Assembly (NCBI GenBank): GCA_943787205.1
Contig: CALSLN010000012.1
Span: forward strand, 189 to 64,188
Direction of reading: 5' to 3'
DNA: 64,000 nt
Source: an uncultured Rhodospirillaceae bacterium
Lineage (GTDB): Bacteria; Pseudomonadota; Alphaproteobacteria; Rhodospirillales; Rhodospirillaceae
Positions 1 to 10,085 of this stretch are shown piece after piece. Position numbers and translations under genes: made by a program. The notes under the pieces were generated by a model. It worked only from the letters and a program-made list of their open reading frames with translations. It did no database searches and was not told the origin of the DNA. Within the stretch, counting starts at the first letter, position 1. Every line of letters starts with the position of its first letter.

Positions 1-1
1 T

Positions 2-1144
2 TCGGTAACGATTATCGAACGACACGCAGACATCGCCTCTGAGGCATCAGCGACACCTTCGGCTGTATTAATGCCGCGCCTAACTGCCCGCGAAAGCACA
101 GATGGAACGTTTTATGCCCATGCCTGGCAAACGTTACTAAGCCTTTTGAGCGAGGTTGCTAAAAACGGAACGAACATTGGTCTGCAACAATGTGGTGTTT
201 TGCACCTGGCAACAACTGAAGAGGAAACTGCACGACAAACGGCGATCATACAGTCTGGTGCCCTACCCCACTCTCTAGCCAAACAAGTCTCCCCTGCCGA
301 AGCAGCAGGCTTGGCCGGCATTGATCTTGAAATGGGCGGCTTACACTTCCCGGATGGTGGCACGCTTTCGCCAAGACAGTTCTGCGATGCCCTTTTGGAT
401 GGGTCTGTCGTTAGAAAGAAACTGGCGGCGGCACGGCTCGAGAGGGACAAAGATCAGTGGCGCGTTCTTGATGAAAATGGCGCACCAATCTTACAGGCAG
501 ACTGCATCATCCTTGCTGGCGGGCTCGACAGTGCTGTTTTCGACCAATCAAACTGGCTGCCGTTGACCCCAAGGCGCGGGCAGCTGACTCGGATTCCCTC
601 AAATAATGTCAGCGACACCCTCACCTGTGTGCTTGCGGGAGAGGGGCACCTGACACCCTCGCGGAACGGGCAGCACGTGATCGGCGCGACGTTCGACCAT
701 GTGCGACCTGAGGACTTAGGCGAACGCAAGCCGCAGCCTGAGCGAGACGCAGACAGTCGTAATGTGAGGATAGTAGAATCTCTGGTTCCTGGTTTGCTTG
801 AGGCCACAATCGAAGCCGTAGGCGAAAGTTGGGCTGGCCTGCGATGTACGACACGCGACCATCTCCCACTCGCCGGACCCTTGCCAAATCAGGCTTCCTA
901 TCTGAATGATTTTGCAGACGTAAAACACGGCCATCGCTGGACCCAATATCCCAGGGCGACCTATCACGAAGGGCTTTACGTGCTAACAGGGCTTGGGGCT
1001 CATGGTGCTGTTGCAGCGCCCCTAGCCGCTGACCTTATTGTTAGTCAGGCTTTCGGTGATCCGCTGCCGCTGCCACGCAACATTGCGCAGGCGCTTCATC
1101 CCGGGCGATTTATTGTACGAGACCTTAAACGCGCCAAAAACTGA
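2..1144 (+). CDS. mnmC: MnmC, C-terminal FAD-dependent oxidoreductase domain (5' end lies outside the window)
   Basis: The frame is open from base 2. It has a DAO-like domain, and the C-terminal tail ...PLPLPRNIAQALHPGRFIVRDLKR resembles the MnmC C-terminus as I recall it (not searched). Confidence 0.7.
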   Translation, partial: SVTIIERHADIASEASATPSAVLMPRLTARESTDGTFYAHAWQTLLSLLSEVAKNGTNIGLQQCGVLHLATTEEETARQTAIIQSGALPHSLAKQVSPAEAAGLAGIDLEMGGLHFPDGGTLSPRQFCDALLDGSVVRKKLAAARLERDKDQWRVLDENGAPILQADCIILAGGLDSAVFDQSNWLPLTPRRGQLTRIPSNNVSDTLTCVLAGEGHLTPSRNGQHVIGATFDHVRPEDLGERKPQPERDADSRNVRIVESLVPGLLEATIEAVGESWAGLRCTTRDHLPLAGPLPNQASYLNDFADVKHGHRWTQYPRATYHEGLYVLTGLGAHGAVAAPLAADLIVSQAFGDPLPLPRNIAQALHPGRFIVRDLKRAKN

Positions 1145-1328
1145 TCGTTATTTTTGTGTACCGGTGAGTCACCGCCTCAGGACCGCCTCAAATTTAACGC
1201 AACAAAGACTCTAAACCGCGCGCGTCATGCCTTGATTTGATTGTTCTCTCTTCGCCTCAGAAAAGCGCGGCCCCGGGGAAAGACAGATGATGTTTAGGCG
1301 ACACACAAGCGTAATGCGCTTGGCAGGT

Positions 1329-1691
1329 TTAACCGTAGTTATGACAGCGCTGCTGGTGGTTTGGTTTCTCACCAGCCTCTCTTAGTGCGGCTGCATGTCC
1401 ATTCAGTTGGGCTGACCAGTCGGGGCCGGATTCAGTAAACGACATCTGCGGAGCCGTATCAGCTTTGCGAGTCAGGATGCCGCGCTCTTCGAGCTGGTTA
1501 CGCATTTGCAGCATTGCTTCTGCAGCGTGCGCGAAGCCCTCGATAGGGAAGATGAGTCGTTGTTTGAACTGTGGCTTGAGGCGCCCTTGTTCGTCTTTGT
1601 CGGACACAGCCATTGTCAGCAGATCAACGCGTACAACACTTCCCGTTACCGTGATCTCACCAATAGCATCTGCAAATATTTCTTCTGACAT
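1329..1691 (-). CDS. hypothetical protein (120 aa)
   Basis: Intact ORF with an AGGGA Shine-Dalgarno about 8 nt upstream of the ATG. I recognise no family. Confidence 0.4.
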   Translation of the reverse strand: MSEEIFADAIGEITVTGSVVRVDLLTMAVSDKDEQGRLKPQFKQRLIFPIEGFAHAAEAMLQMRNQLEERGILTRKADTAPQMSFTESGPDWSAQLNGHAAALREAGEKPNHQQRCHNYG

Positions 1692-2002
1692 TGTCTGTCC
1701 CTATCTTTGTGAGGCGCGGAGTGCGCAAAAGCGCACTCTTAAAAGATAGGCCCGTCATAGCGAAAGACAGGCGCACCAGCCACGAAAAACCGCGCCCCCA
1801 AAATGCTACCTCCCGCCCTGCCAAGTCGATCGCTCGTCAGCAATCTTCAAGGTAAAGCGGGAGGCAACTGTTGCTTTCTGTCACCGGGGTAGGAACTGAC
1901 TCAGGGACAGTGACAAGAAAGCGAGATCACATGGGGTACTGAACACAGTTTCTCTGGGTTGGCGTTTCCTTGTTGATTTCAACTGCTTCATTGCTATTCA
2001 AT

Positions 2003-2023
2003 TTGTGGGAATTATTCCCACGA
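2003..2023. promoter_or_regulatory. operator-like palindrome TTGTGGGAA-TTA-TTCCCACGA
   Basis: The GTGGGAAT/ATTCCCAC half-sites form a perfect 8-1-8 inverted repeat. It is the first of two copies upstream of the ORF starting at 2150. Confidence 0.6.
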
Positions 2024-2067
2024 ACAAGAACACGATAGACCCGGTTCATCACAGACGTCAAGAAATA

Positions 2068-2090
2068 ATTGTGGGAATATTTCCCACAAT
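2068..2090. promoter_or_regulatory. operator-like palindrome ATTGTGGGAA-TAT-TTCCCACAAT
   Basis: Perfect 10-3-10 inverted repeat with the same TGTGGGAA half-site as 2003-2023. It lies about 66 bp downstream of that copy and 59 bp upstream of the TTG start at 2150. Confidence 0.65.
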
Positions 2091-2149
2091 GTGTTAGTGT
2101 CATCTCATGAAAATAATGACTGCCATCTCTTTATCTGCGTGCGGCTGTT

Positions 2150-2969
2150 TTGAATAACCCCGCTGGCCCGCCAGATGCCCTGATTGCTGCTCTGCGCCGC
2201 ATGCTGCGACCGCTGGTGCGCTTGATGATCAGCAAGGGTGTAACGCTACCAACGCTAACAACCATCCTTAAAGAGACATTTGTCTCTGTGGCCGAAGACG
2301 ACTTCCCCGTTAAGGGAAAGCGACAGACAGATAGCCGGATCAACTTGCTGACAGGGGTCCACCGCAAAGATGTGAAGCGGCTGCGCGCTGAAACGCCGGC
2401 GGAGAGAGAAATGCCACAGGCCGTAGGCTTAGGCGCTCAGATCGTCTCCCGTTGGGTCAGCGACCCCTTAACAACAGACTCAGAAAACCGCCCTATCCCA
2501 TTGCCACGACAGGATAAATCTGGCTCTTCGCTCTCATTTTACGGTCTTGTTGAAGGCATTTCCAAGGACGTGCGCCCACGCGCAGTGCTTGATGAATGGC
2601 TCAGACTTGGGGTCGCAAGCATGGATGATAAAGACCGGGTGGTTCTGAACCGCCAGGCTTTTGTCCCCGAAAAGGGGTTTTGATGAAAAAGCCTTCTATT
2701 TTGGGCGCAACATTCATGACCACTTAGCGGCGACCACCCACAACCTAATTGGCGACGGCAACCCCCGGCTGGAACGCAGCGTTCACTATGGGGGATTGAC
2801 CGATTCATCGGTGGAAACCTTAGCCGCAGAGGCGGAAAAAGTTGGTATGGACGCCCTTTTGGCTCTAAACCGGCTCGCACGGGAGAAGGTAGAGGCGGAT
2901 AAAGGCAAGACGGATGCCAACAGCGCTTCAATTTTGGCTTGTATTTCTTTGACCAGGAACACAGCCTAG
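2150..2969 (+). pseudogene. hypothetical protein, frame broken once (possibly DUF6502-like; unverified recollection)
   Basis: ORFs 2150-2683 and 2661-2969 overlap in different frames. The junction is CCCCGAAAAGGGGTTTT, and removing 1 nt gives a continuous protein of about 270 aa. Confidence 0.5.
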
Positions 2970-3000
2970 AGGAACAACAGGGCAACGATTCGGACACATA

Positions 3001-4248
3001 ATGAGTGAGAATCTGCTGAGGACAGGGAACCGGCCGCTGCGACACGTTGTCGCGGCTACCCTTTTGCTCGCCCTGACGGCAGGTTGCGCGTCTTCCCCGA
3101 CTGACCATCAGTCTGCCGCCTACTCCGGCGACGGTATTAGCGGAACCGGCATTGTTGCTCAAAACGCTTCAGACGATGGGATCAGTGGCACTGGTATTCT
3201 CGCCCACCATGACGGTGGCGACGGTATCGGCGGAACTGGCGTTGTCGCTCAACTCGGTGGCGATGGAATCGGTGGCACTGGAATTATCGGAACCATCTCG
3301 GGCTTCGGCAGCATCATCGTGAATGGGCTGAAGCTTGAGTACAATAATAACACAATGGTTGAGAGCGATGGCCGACCCGCCGCTTTGGCCGACCTCAAGA
3401 TTGGACAAGTGATTGAAGGGGTTGCCTGGCGTGATCGACGCGGCGACCTGCGTCTTGAGAAGCTGGAAATTCGCCACGCTGTGACAGGACCAATCTCTAG
3501 TATCGACTATGACAATGAACGCTTAGTTGTTCTTGGTCAGACTGTGCGTGTCAATTTGGCCGGGGATAAGAATCAGAAATCAGGATTCTCATCTCTAAAA
3601 GTCGGCGACATGGTTCGCGTTTCAGGCTTGCGCATGGACGACGGGTTGATCATCGCATCACGGCTGGATCAAACAGATGACGATGGCCGAGTGCTCGTCC
3701 GTGGACCAATGACAGTTGCAGCGAATGGTGCCGCCAGCATCGGAGCCTTAAGCATAGACCTTTCGTCAGCGGCCTTGGCCGACACACTGGCAAACGGCAC
3801 TAACGCATTCGTCGCCGGCCGCATGCTCGACGATATGTTTACCGCAGACATAGCTATCAGCAAGCAGGGCTTACCCTTTAGCGATAGTGTCACGGACGTT
3901 TACCTTGAAGGGTACGTCCCACAGAACTCCGAGACAGACCTGACTGTGCAAGGCGTACCAGTGACGGGACTAAGCGTTCCATCCAGCATCAAGCCTGGAG
4001 ATCGCGTTGTAGTCACCGGTCAAGTGGGCGCAGATGGCAGCATCGCAGCGCGAGAAATTAAGCAGGTCAGAACTGTAATTACCGTGCTCCGCCCATCGCA
4101 ATTGATGCGCCCAGCGCGGGTCCGTCCAACAACGATTGATCGACCACAGAGAATTGAGAGAGTACGGCCCGTTGAGCGGCCGAACGTTACCGTTCCTGAG
4201 CGGCCTCAGCGGGAACGACCCGGAGACTTCCGCCCGCCGATGGTGTAG
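3001..4248 (+). CDS. lipoprotein with Gly-rich tandem repeats, DUF5666-like beta-rich repeats and an Arg/Pro-rich tail
   Basis: Lipobox LALTAGC (Cys29). There are four DGI(S/G)GTG(I/V) repeats, then repeated G-x-V/I...VNG/VLGQTV segments. The C-terminus carries about 10 RP dipeptides. Confidence 0.75.
   Translation: MSENLLRTGNRPLRHVVAATLLLALTAGCASSPTDHQSAAYSGDGISGTGIVAQNASDDGISGTGILAHHDGGDGIGGTGVVAQLGGDGIGGTGIIGTISGFGSIIVNGLKLEYNNNTMVESDGRPAALADLKIGQVIEGVAWRDRRGDLRLEKLEIRHAVTGPISSIDYDNERLVVLGQTVRVNLAGDKNQKSGFSSLKVGDMVRVSGLRMDDGLIIASRLDQTDDDGRVLVRGPMTVAANGAASIGALSIDLSSAALADTLANGTNAFVAGRMLDDMFTADIAISKQGLPFSDSVTDVYLEGYVPQNSETDLTVQGVPVTGLSVPSSIKPGDRVVVTGQVGADGSIAAREIKQVRTVITVLRPSQLMRPARVRPTTIDRPQRIERVRPVERPNVTVPERPQRERPGDFRPPMV
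3130..3294 (+). repeat. four in-frame tandem repeats of about 45 nt (14-15 aa), inside the lipoprotein gene
   Basis: The units are DGISGTGIVAQNASD / DGISGTGILAHHDGG / DGIGGTGVVAQLGG / DGIGGTGIIGT, read directly from the translation. Confidence 0.8.
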
Positions 4249-4269
4249 CGCGAGCTTAGCTCGAGTGGC

Positions 4270-5082
4270 CTAGCGCGCTGGGCGACCGCGCTGAGGGAAA
4301 CGGTACGTAAACGAAACGCCGCCGCCTGCATTAGGACTGTTCTCTGAAAATCCCATGACCGTGTAAAGATTGACAGACCAGTCGTCTGCAAATCGGATAT
4401 TGAGATAGGCCATACCGTCTTGGGGGTCTTCCGATGTCTCAAGTGACGCCTGTCGGTAATCATAAGAGACGCCAGTCGCGACCCGGTCAGACCATGAGTA
4501 CTGTAAGCCAACACTTCCGTAGACCGTGTTGCGAAGTTTAAAGCCATCGGGCACGCCAGCCCATTTGTAGCCGATTGTGGCAAAAGGAATAAACGGACCA
4601 AGCGCCTTGGCAACATCAAATTGCAGTGATGCGTCTGCCTCACCGGTCCCAAGACCAGCATCAAGACTCGCAGTTGGGATCTTCACGCGCGTCGAAACAT
4701 CAATGAATAAATTGTCTTCGTAGAACCGCTCGAAGCTGTACATCAGCGACAATGAAATATCGCCAAGGCCGGAGTCCGCTGCTGCGCCTCTCGTTCCAAT
4801 ACTTCCACCGTCGGCACCGTCAAGAATCAACGCGGGCCCACTCACATGGAGCCAGGGCACAACGGCACGAACGGTCCAAGGCCCATCCTCCACTCGGAGG
4901 GAAAGCGGCACATAAAGTATTTCCGTGTCCAGTAAATCGTCACCGTACGAACCGGTTGTGTAGTCCATCCCGAGGCTCATACGAAACTTCCGGTCATCTG
5001 ACTGCGCCAACGCTGCAGTGGAAACCGAACACACAGCCAACACCCCAAATAGGGCTGACTTTAAAGAAGGTGAATTCATCAT
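4270..5082 (-). CDS. outer-membrane beta-barrel protein (MetA-pathway/transporter-like family, tentative)
   Basis: Start taken at the internal MMNSPSLKSALFGVLAVCSVSTAALA signal peptide. The mature part shows an alternating beta-strand pattern with aromatic-rich strands. Confidence 0.6.
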   Translation of the reverse strand: MMNSPSLKSALFGVLAVCSVSTAALAQSDDRKFRMSLGMDYTTGSYGDDLLDTEILYVPLSLRVEDGPWTVRAVVPWLHVSGPALILDGADGGSIGTRGAAADSGLGDISLSLMYSFERFYEDNLFIDVSTRVKIPTASLDAGLGTGEADASLQFDVAKALGPFIPFATIGYKWAGVPDGFKLRNTVYGSVGLQYSWSDRVATGVSYDYRQASLETSEDPQDGMAYLNIRFADDWSVNLYTVMGFSENSPNAGGGVSFTYRFPQRGRPAR

Positions 5083-5149
5083 AGGACAAGTATGCTCAAT
5101 TGAGAGGCCATCTGGACAGATGCTGTAAACCCTCCGTAGTCTGAGTTCC

Positions 5150-6658
5150 ATGAAACATTTATCAAAATTATCTTTTTTGTGCGGCGTCATCGCACTACTC
5201 ATGTCGCATACGGCAGCAGCAGAAACGACACTCCGCCTGGGCTTGGGGTCTTTGCCCAATGGCAACGGGAACCCTTATTTTTCGAGTGCCCGCACCGGCT
5301 GGTATACCCTTGCGAGCGATTTTCGACACCCTGACCCATCTCGGCCCAAACCTATCGATACAGCCCGCGTTAGCAATATCTTGGGAGAACACCGACGACC
5401 AGACTTGGGTCGTCACGCTACGCGATGGTGTCACCTTCTCTAATGGAGAAGTGCTGGACGCGAACGCTGTTATTGCAAGCTACGCTTATCTGCAGACGGA
5501 AGAGGGCATGCGAGAGTCTCTGGCCCGAGACGTCAAAGATATCGAAAGCATGGAAGCCGTCGATTCCCTAACCCTCCGCTTTGTTACGAGCGAACCGATT
5601 CCCGCGTTTCCTCGACTAATGGCAATTATTCCTATCGTGGCACCGGCCCACTGGCAAAAGATCGGCCGTGAAGGCTTTGCCTTTGATCCCGTTGGCAGTG
5701 GTCCCTTTGCAGTGACGGAATGGAATGCGACCCAGGTTTTATTGAAAGCCCACACCAGCGCCTGGCGTCCACCGAAACTCGATGCGCTTGAAATCTTGGA
5801 CCTACCTGAAACCGCATCCCGCGTTGCCGCTCTGATGACAGACCGCATCGATATCGCCTCGGAGATCGGACCGGACGATGCGTTCAACATTGAGGCATCA
5901 GGAGTTCAACACCTACCAACGACCTGCGACGGCAACGGAAGTCGTCTCGTTCAATACGTTGGTTGAGTCGCCCCTCCAAGATGTCCGCGTGCGTCGTGCT
6001 TTGAACTACGCCGTCAACAAAGAAGCTATCGCGATCGCAATAATGGATGGCCGCACGCTCGTTGTTGACCAAATGACGCCCAGCACTAATCCGGATCGGG
6101 ACGATGCATTGGAACCGTACCCCTACGATCCTGACAAAGCGCGCGCTCTGTTGGCTGAAGCGGGTTACCCCGATGGCTTTTCCTTTGTCTTCGAATTCAG
6201 CTTCGGCACCGGCGGAACCCATATGGCAGCCATGTACCAACAGGTCGCCGCCGACCTCGCAAAAGTGGGAGTCGATATGGAAGTGCAGCCCCGACCCTTT
6301 AGCCAATACGTGCAGGGTATTTTGCAGGGCAAGTGGGGTGGGCAAGCCTTCGGTTTTGAATATGAAGTGCTCCCAACCGGCGGGCAGCATGCGACCGTTC
6401 CGTTTACACTCTTGTGCGTGGTCTTACCCATGGTACTGCGACGAAACGATTCAGCCCTTTATCGAGCAAGCCAAACACGCGATGAATCCTGCGGACAGAG
6501 TTGCCGCCGTACGCAAAGTGCTCAAGCATTATCGCGATGAAGCCGTGTCGCTGATGTTGGTTGAGAACATGGGACTAGACGGCATTAACCCGCGCGTACA
6601 AGGATACAATCAAGACGGCGGTATCATTCCCTTCCACGCGATTACTTTGGAAGACTGA
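5150..6658 (+). pseudogene. ABC transporter substrate-binding protein, family 5 (peptide/nickel type), three frame breaks
   Basis: Four overlapping ORF pieces (5150-5443, 5259-5966, 5878-6540, 6104-6658) are colinear with the neighbouring paralog. It has a signal peptide and a shared EPYPYDPDKARALLAEAG motif. Confidence 0.8.
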
Positions 6659-6661
6659 CCC

Positions 6662-8168
6662 TTGAAACGTATCACGACACTACTCGCTGCCTTACTCGGA
6701 ATGGGGCTTGCCCAGGTTACGGCGCAGGCGGAAAGCCTCCTCCGCATTGGCATGATTGCGATGCCGCCAGCCCAGGGGAACCCTTTCTTCACCACCGGGG
6801 ACAACGCCGCATATGTTCTATCCGGCGATTTACGACACGCTCACACAAGTGAGCGAAATGGGCGTGGTGGTTCCACAGATTGCGACCTCTTGGGATCGCG
6901 TTGACGATCTCACTTGGGTCTTTGAAATCAGACCGGACACAGAATTCTCCAACGGCGAGCCGGTCAATGCAGAAACCGTCGTCGCGATGGTCGCCGCTTT
7001 TGAGCGAGACGACTTCATCCCGTTCAGTTTAAGGCGGGAATTTGATTTCATCGCAGGCGTCCGTGCCCTTGATAATCTGACCGTGGAAGTCACAACAATC
7101 GCTCCGCACGCATTGTTGCCACGGTATATGTCTTTCTTCTATCTCGTCCCGCCGAAACATTTGGCGGACAATGGGCCAGAGGGATTGGCATCAAACCCCA
7201 TTGGGTCCGGACCCTTTGTGGTCGACGACTGGCTGGCAGAGCGCGTGCTTCTAAGCGCCAACAAAACATCCTGGCGGGCACCAAAAATAGACAAACTAGA
7301 AGCTCTGGTTTTACCGCAAGCAACTTCGCGATTGCAGGCGTTATCCTCTGGACGAATCGATGTTGCGATCAATCTCGGACCTGACGATGAACCGCGACTA
7401 AAAGCACAAGGCTTGCGGCTGGTGCCACGTAATCCGGTTCGCATTTCAGTGATCGCCTTAAACACGATGATAGAGGACTCGCCGTTTAAGGATGTGCGCG
7501 TCCGGCAAGCCATGAACTATGCGGTCAATCGAGAGGCCATCGCAGCAACCCTCATGGGCGGCTACGTCAAACCAGCCAGTCAGCCAACGCCGGAAAACGC
7601 CATCGGCTTTGACCCAAGCCTGGAGCCTTACCCGTACGATCCTGATAAAGCCCGCGCCCTGTTGGCAGACGCCGGCATAACGGATGGGTTTGACGCGGTG
7701 TTTGAAGTGGTCACCGGCGCGAACAGTTCGACCGACGCAGTCATGCAACAGGTTGCCGCCGACTTAGCCCGCGTCAACGTCCGCGTTGAAGTGCGTCCAA
7801 TCATGTACAGCCAAGTTGTATCGCGCATGACCCAAGGCGGTTGGGACGGATCGATGTTTAGTGTCGACTTCGCTACTGGCCCGACGATGGATGGTCTGCG
7901 ACCCTTCCGTTTGCACTCCTGTACCTGGAACGCACCTTGGTACTGCGACCCCATCGCGGAGGCCTTGTATCAGGAGGCGAAAATTACCGCCGATACAGAA
8001 AAACGAATCGACCTGACGCGGCAGGTCATCAAACGATACCGCGACGAAGCCTCGAGCATTCTGTTGTTCCCCATTCTTGGCCTCGATGGCTTAGGGGCGC
8101 GCGTCAAAACATGGGCACCAGTGAACGACCGATTGATGCTGCACAATGCCGAGCTCTTCGCCGAATAG
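6662..8168 (+). pseudogene. ABC transporter substrate-binding protein, family 5, one frame break near the N-terminus
   Basis: A signal-peptide ORF (6662-6904) plus the body (6756-8168). The break is at a GGGG run near 6797; removing one G gives GNPFFTTGTTPHMFYPAIYDTLT. Confidence 0.8.
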
Positions 8169-8397
8169 GCGAACACGCGATCTGCCCGAAAAACAAAAAT
8201 GCTGTTTTGCTCGAAACGAGCCCATGCACTAGGCCTTTTTGAGAAATTTCGTCTGTGTTCTCAAGCCGTTAAGCCCAAATATGAACGAGTGCCGACTGAC
8301 TCTACGAAAATGAGGGCGGTTTAGCGCGGAAATCTGCGGTTTTTTACGGTGTGGCTGGCGAATCGTACGGTGACGGCAGGAGCGCGCAAAAGGCGAG

Positions 8398-9191
8398 CTA
8401 CGACCCACCCAATAAATTCCGCACATGGGCGAGACGCGTTTCAACAACGCGTTCCATGTCGTCCGTCAGGACAAAACCATCGTCACCCTCGCCGTCCTTC
8501 ACCTTGGCATTCCACTCGGCCATAGACATGCCCAGCTTCTCGCTCTGACGGTCCAACGCGTTGCCCGGCGAGACAAACTGCTCGCAGGTTTCCACATCAA
8601 TTTTTTTCATGGGCAACCAAGTCTCGTAAACACATGCGATACAAGGTGTCTTCCGTGCGATAGGTGCGAAAGTCAGGTTCTTCTGCGAACCCGAGGATCA
8701 TGTCGTGCCACACCCGGCGGACACAAAAATTGATCGGGTTGCTTTCATCGAGAGAATGCCGCCACTGCTCATGCATGGGCATATCAACGTGAAGCTTGGT
8801 GAAGACATACCCGAGATCATCGTTCTCAAGCAGATGCTGCACACACAGATGAACGTGATTGGGATAGAAGACGTCATCGGAATCGAGAAAGAACAGATAA
8901 GACCCGGTGGTTTTACGCACACCCTCGTTGCGGGCGAATCCAGGGCCTTGGTTTTCGTCGTAGGTCACCAGCTTTATCTCTGGGTGTTTTTCAGACCAAG
9001 CCGTAATGATCTCGCGCGTGTTGTCGGTGGACACATCGTCCGACCACAGCGATTTCAGGGATTAATTCTGGGATCTTATCCCGCGCGGCTGCAACGCTAT
9101 CGACCGCACTTCGCAAGGTACGATCAAGAGTCTCCGCCGCGTTGTACGCGGGGATAATAACGGCAACGGAAGGGGCACGAACACGGGACAT
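8398..9191 (-). pseudogene. family 2 glycosyltransferase, one or two frame breaks
   Basis: The N-terminus VAVIIPAYNAAETL (8991-9191) joins DDVSTDNTREII...LDSDD (8597-9034). A possible C-terminal extension (8398-8616) joins across an A7 run near 8600. Confidence 0.65.
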
Positions 9192-9241
9192 GGGGGCAAT
9201 TTAGAACTATCACCCGGCGAATGACAGTCATTCGAGTACCG

Positions 9242-10055
9242 CTACATCAAATCTAGAGCCTTCAAGACGCTCTTGGTGATGCCTATACGAGCAGGCGCCT
9301 GACTGGGATCATGGATATCCATGTTTAAGGCGAACACGGAGGCTTCGTTGCCACGCTCTATCCATCCGACAAACCACCCCGTTGAAGGGTCAGTATCAGT
9401 AGTCCAACCACCCTTACCATGCAGGGTGTATGCCTCATTGCGCTCAAGAATGGTGATGCCTTTGACCGCATCAATGGTCTTCAGAGAGAACGGTAGATCA
9501 TCCAAATAGAGCCGCCGCAGAAACTGAACCTGCTCGTGTGCACTGATACGAAAGCCCCTCAGAACCCAGAACCAATCGAGATTTTCGCTGGTAATTTTGC
9601 CCGTGCCATAACCCACCCTGTTGAGGTAGCTGGTCATGCGCTCAAGACCCACATCGCGTGCAATCTGCTGGTAAACCGGCAAGGCAGAAACGGCGATGGC
9701 CGTCCGTAGGCTGTGATCCATATTCCATTCTGGTCTCTGCCGGGTCACCCCGTCCCATTTGAGGACGTGAGAGTCGACGTCGGTCACGACACCTGTTTCA
9801 AGAGCGATGAGAGAGTTTAAAACCTTGAAGGTGGATGCTGGCGGAAAGAGTTCAGCGGCACGCTCAGGATTATGAACATCCACAGTTCCTTGACGCACGT
9901 CCATAACAACAATTGCGCCGACAGTCCCAGCCCGCTCAAAGAATGCAGAAAAGTCTGGGGTGCTGCTGAATCTCAGGGGTTTGTGCAAAGGCGGAAACTA
10001 CTAGGAACCAAGACGCAGTCAGCACAGCCAGCAGGGTAGATATGATACGAAGCAC
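9242..10055 (-). pseudogene. class D (OXA-like) beta-lactamase homolog, frame break between signal peptide and mature domain
   Basis: Motifs STFK, SAL (SxV position), YGTG (YGN position), KGG (KTG position) and WFVGW. The signal peptide VLRIISTLLAVLTASWFLVVSAFA is in another frame upstream, with the break at a CCCC run near 9985. Confidence 0.75.
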
Positions 10056-10085
10056 TTTGGTCGCTACGCTCCCGACTTGAGCACC

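Noticed and set aside
1809-1864. An 8-bp inverted repeat, CCTCCCGC...GCGGGAGG, separated by about 40 nt.
   Set aside because: The stem is short relative to the loop, and there is no adjacent U-tract or gene-start context. It is likely chance complementarity.
2107-2157. A 16-codon upstream ORF (MKIMTAISLSACGCFE) overlapping the TTG start at 2150, as a possible leader peptide.
   Set aside because: There is no Shine-Dalgarno and no attenuator-like alternative hairpins. It is very short and could equally be the displaced true N-terminus of the 2150 gene, given the indel rate. I cannot support it.
5290-6815. Both tandem SBP paralogs need a +1 shift at the same relative position, between GNP[YF]F and DTLT. 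This could look like conserved programmed frameshifting.
   Set aside because: Each break is repaired by deleting one base from a short run (CCC near 5305, GGGG near 6797). After repair both have identical 23-residue spacing. There is no slippery heptamer or downstream structure. The same kind of indel occurs throughout the window, including in essential genes, so coincidence plus sequencing error is more parsimonious.
8590-8612. An A7/T7 tract at the frame break inside the GT2 glycosyltransferase gene, as a possible phase-variation switch.
   Set aside because: Homopolymer indels are pervasive in this sequence, including in sucA, mdh and secA. A single 7-nt tract cannot be distinguished from a consensus error without read-level data.
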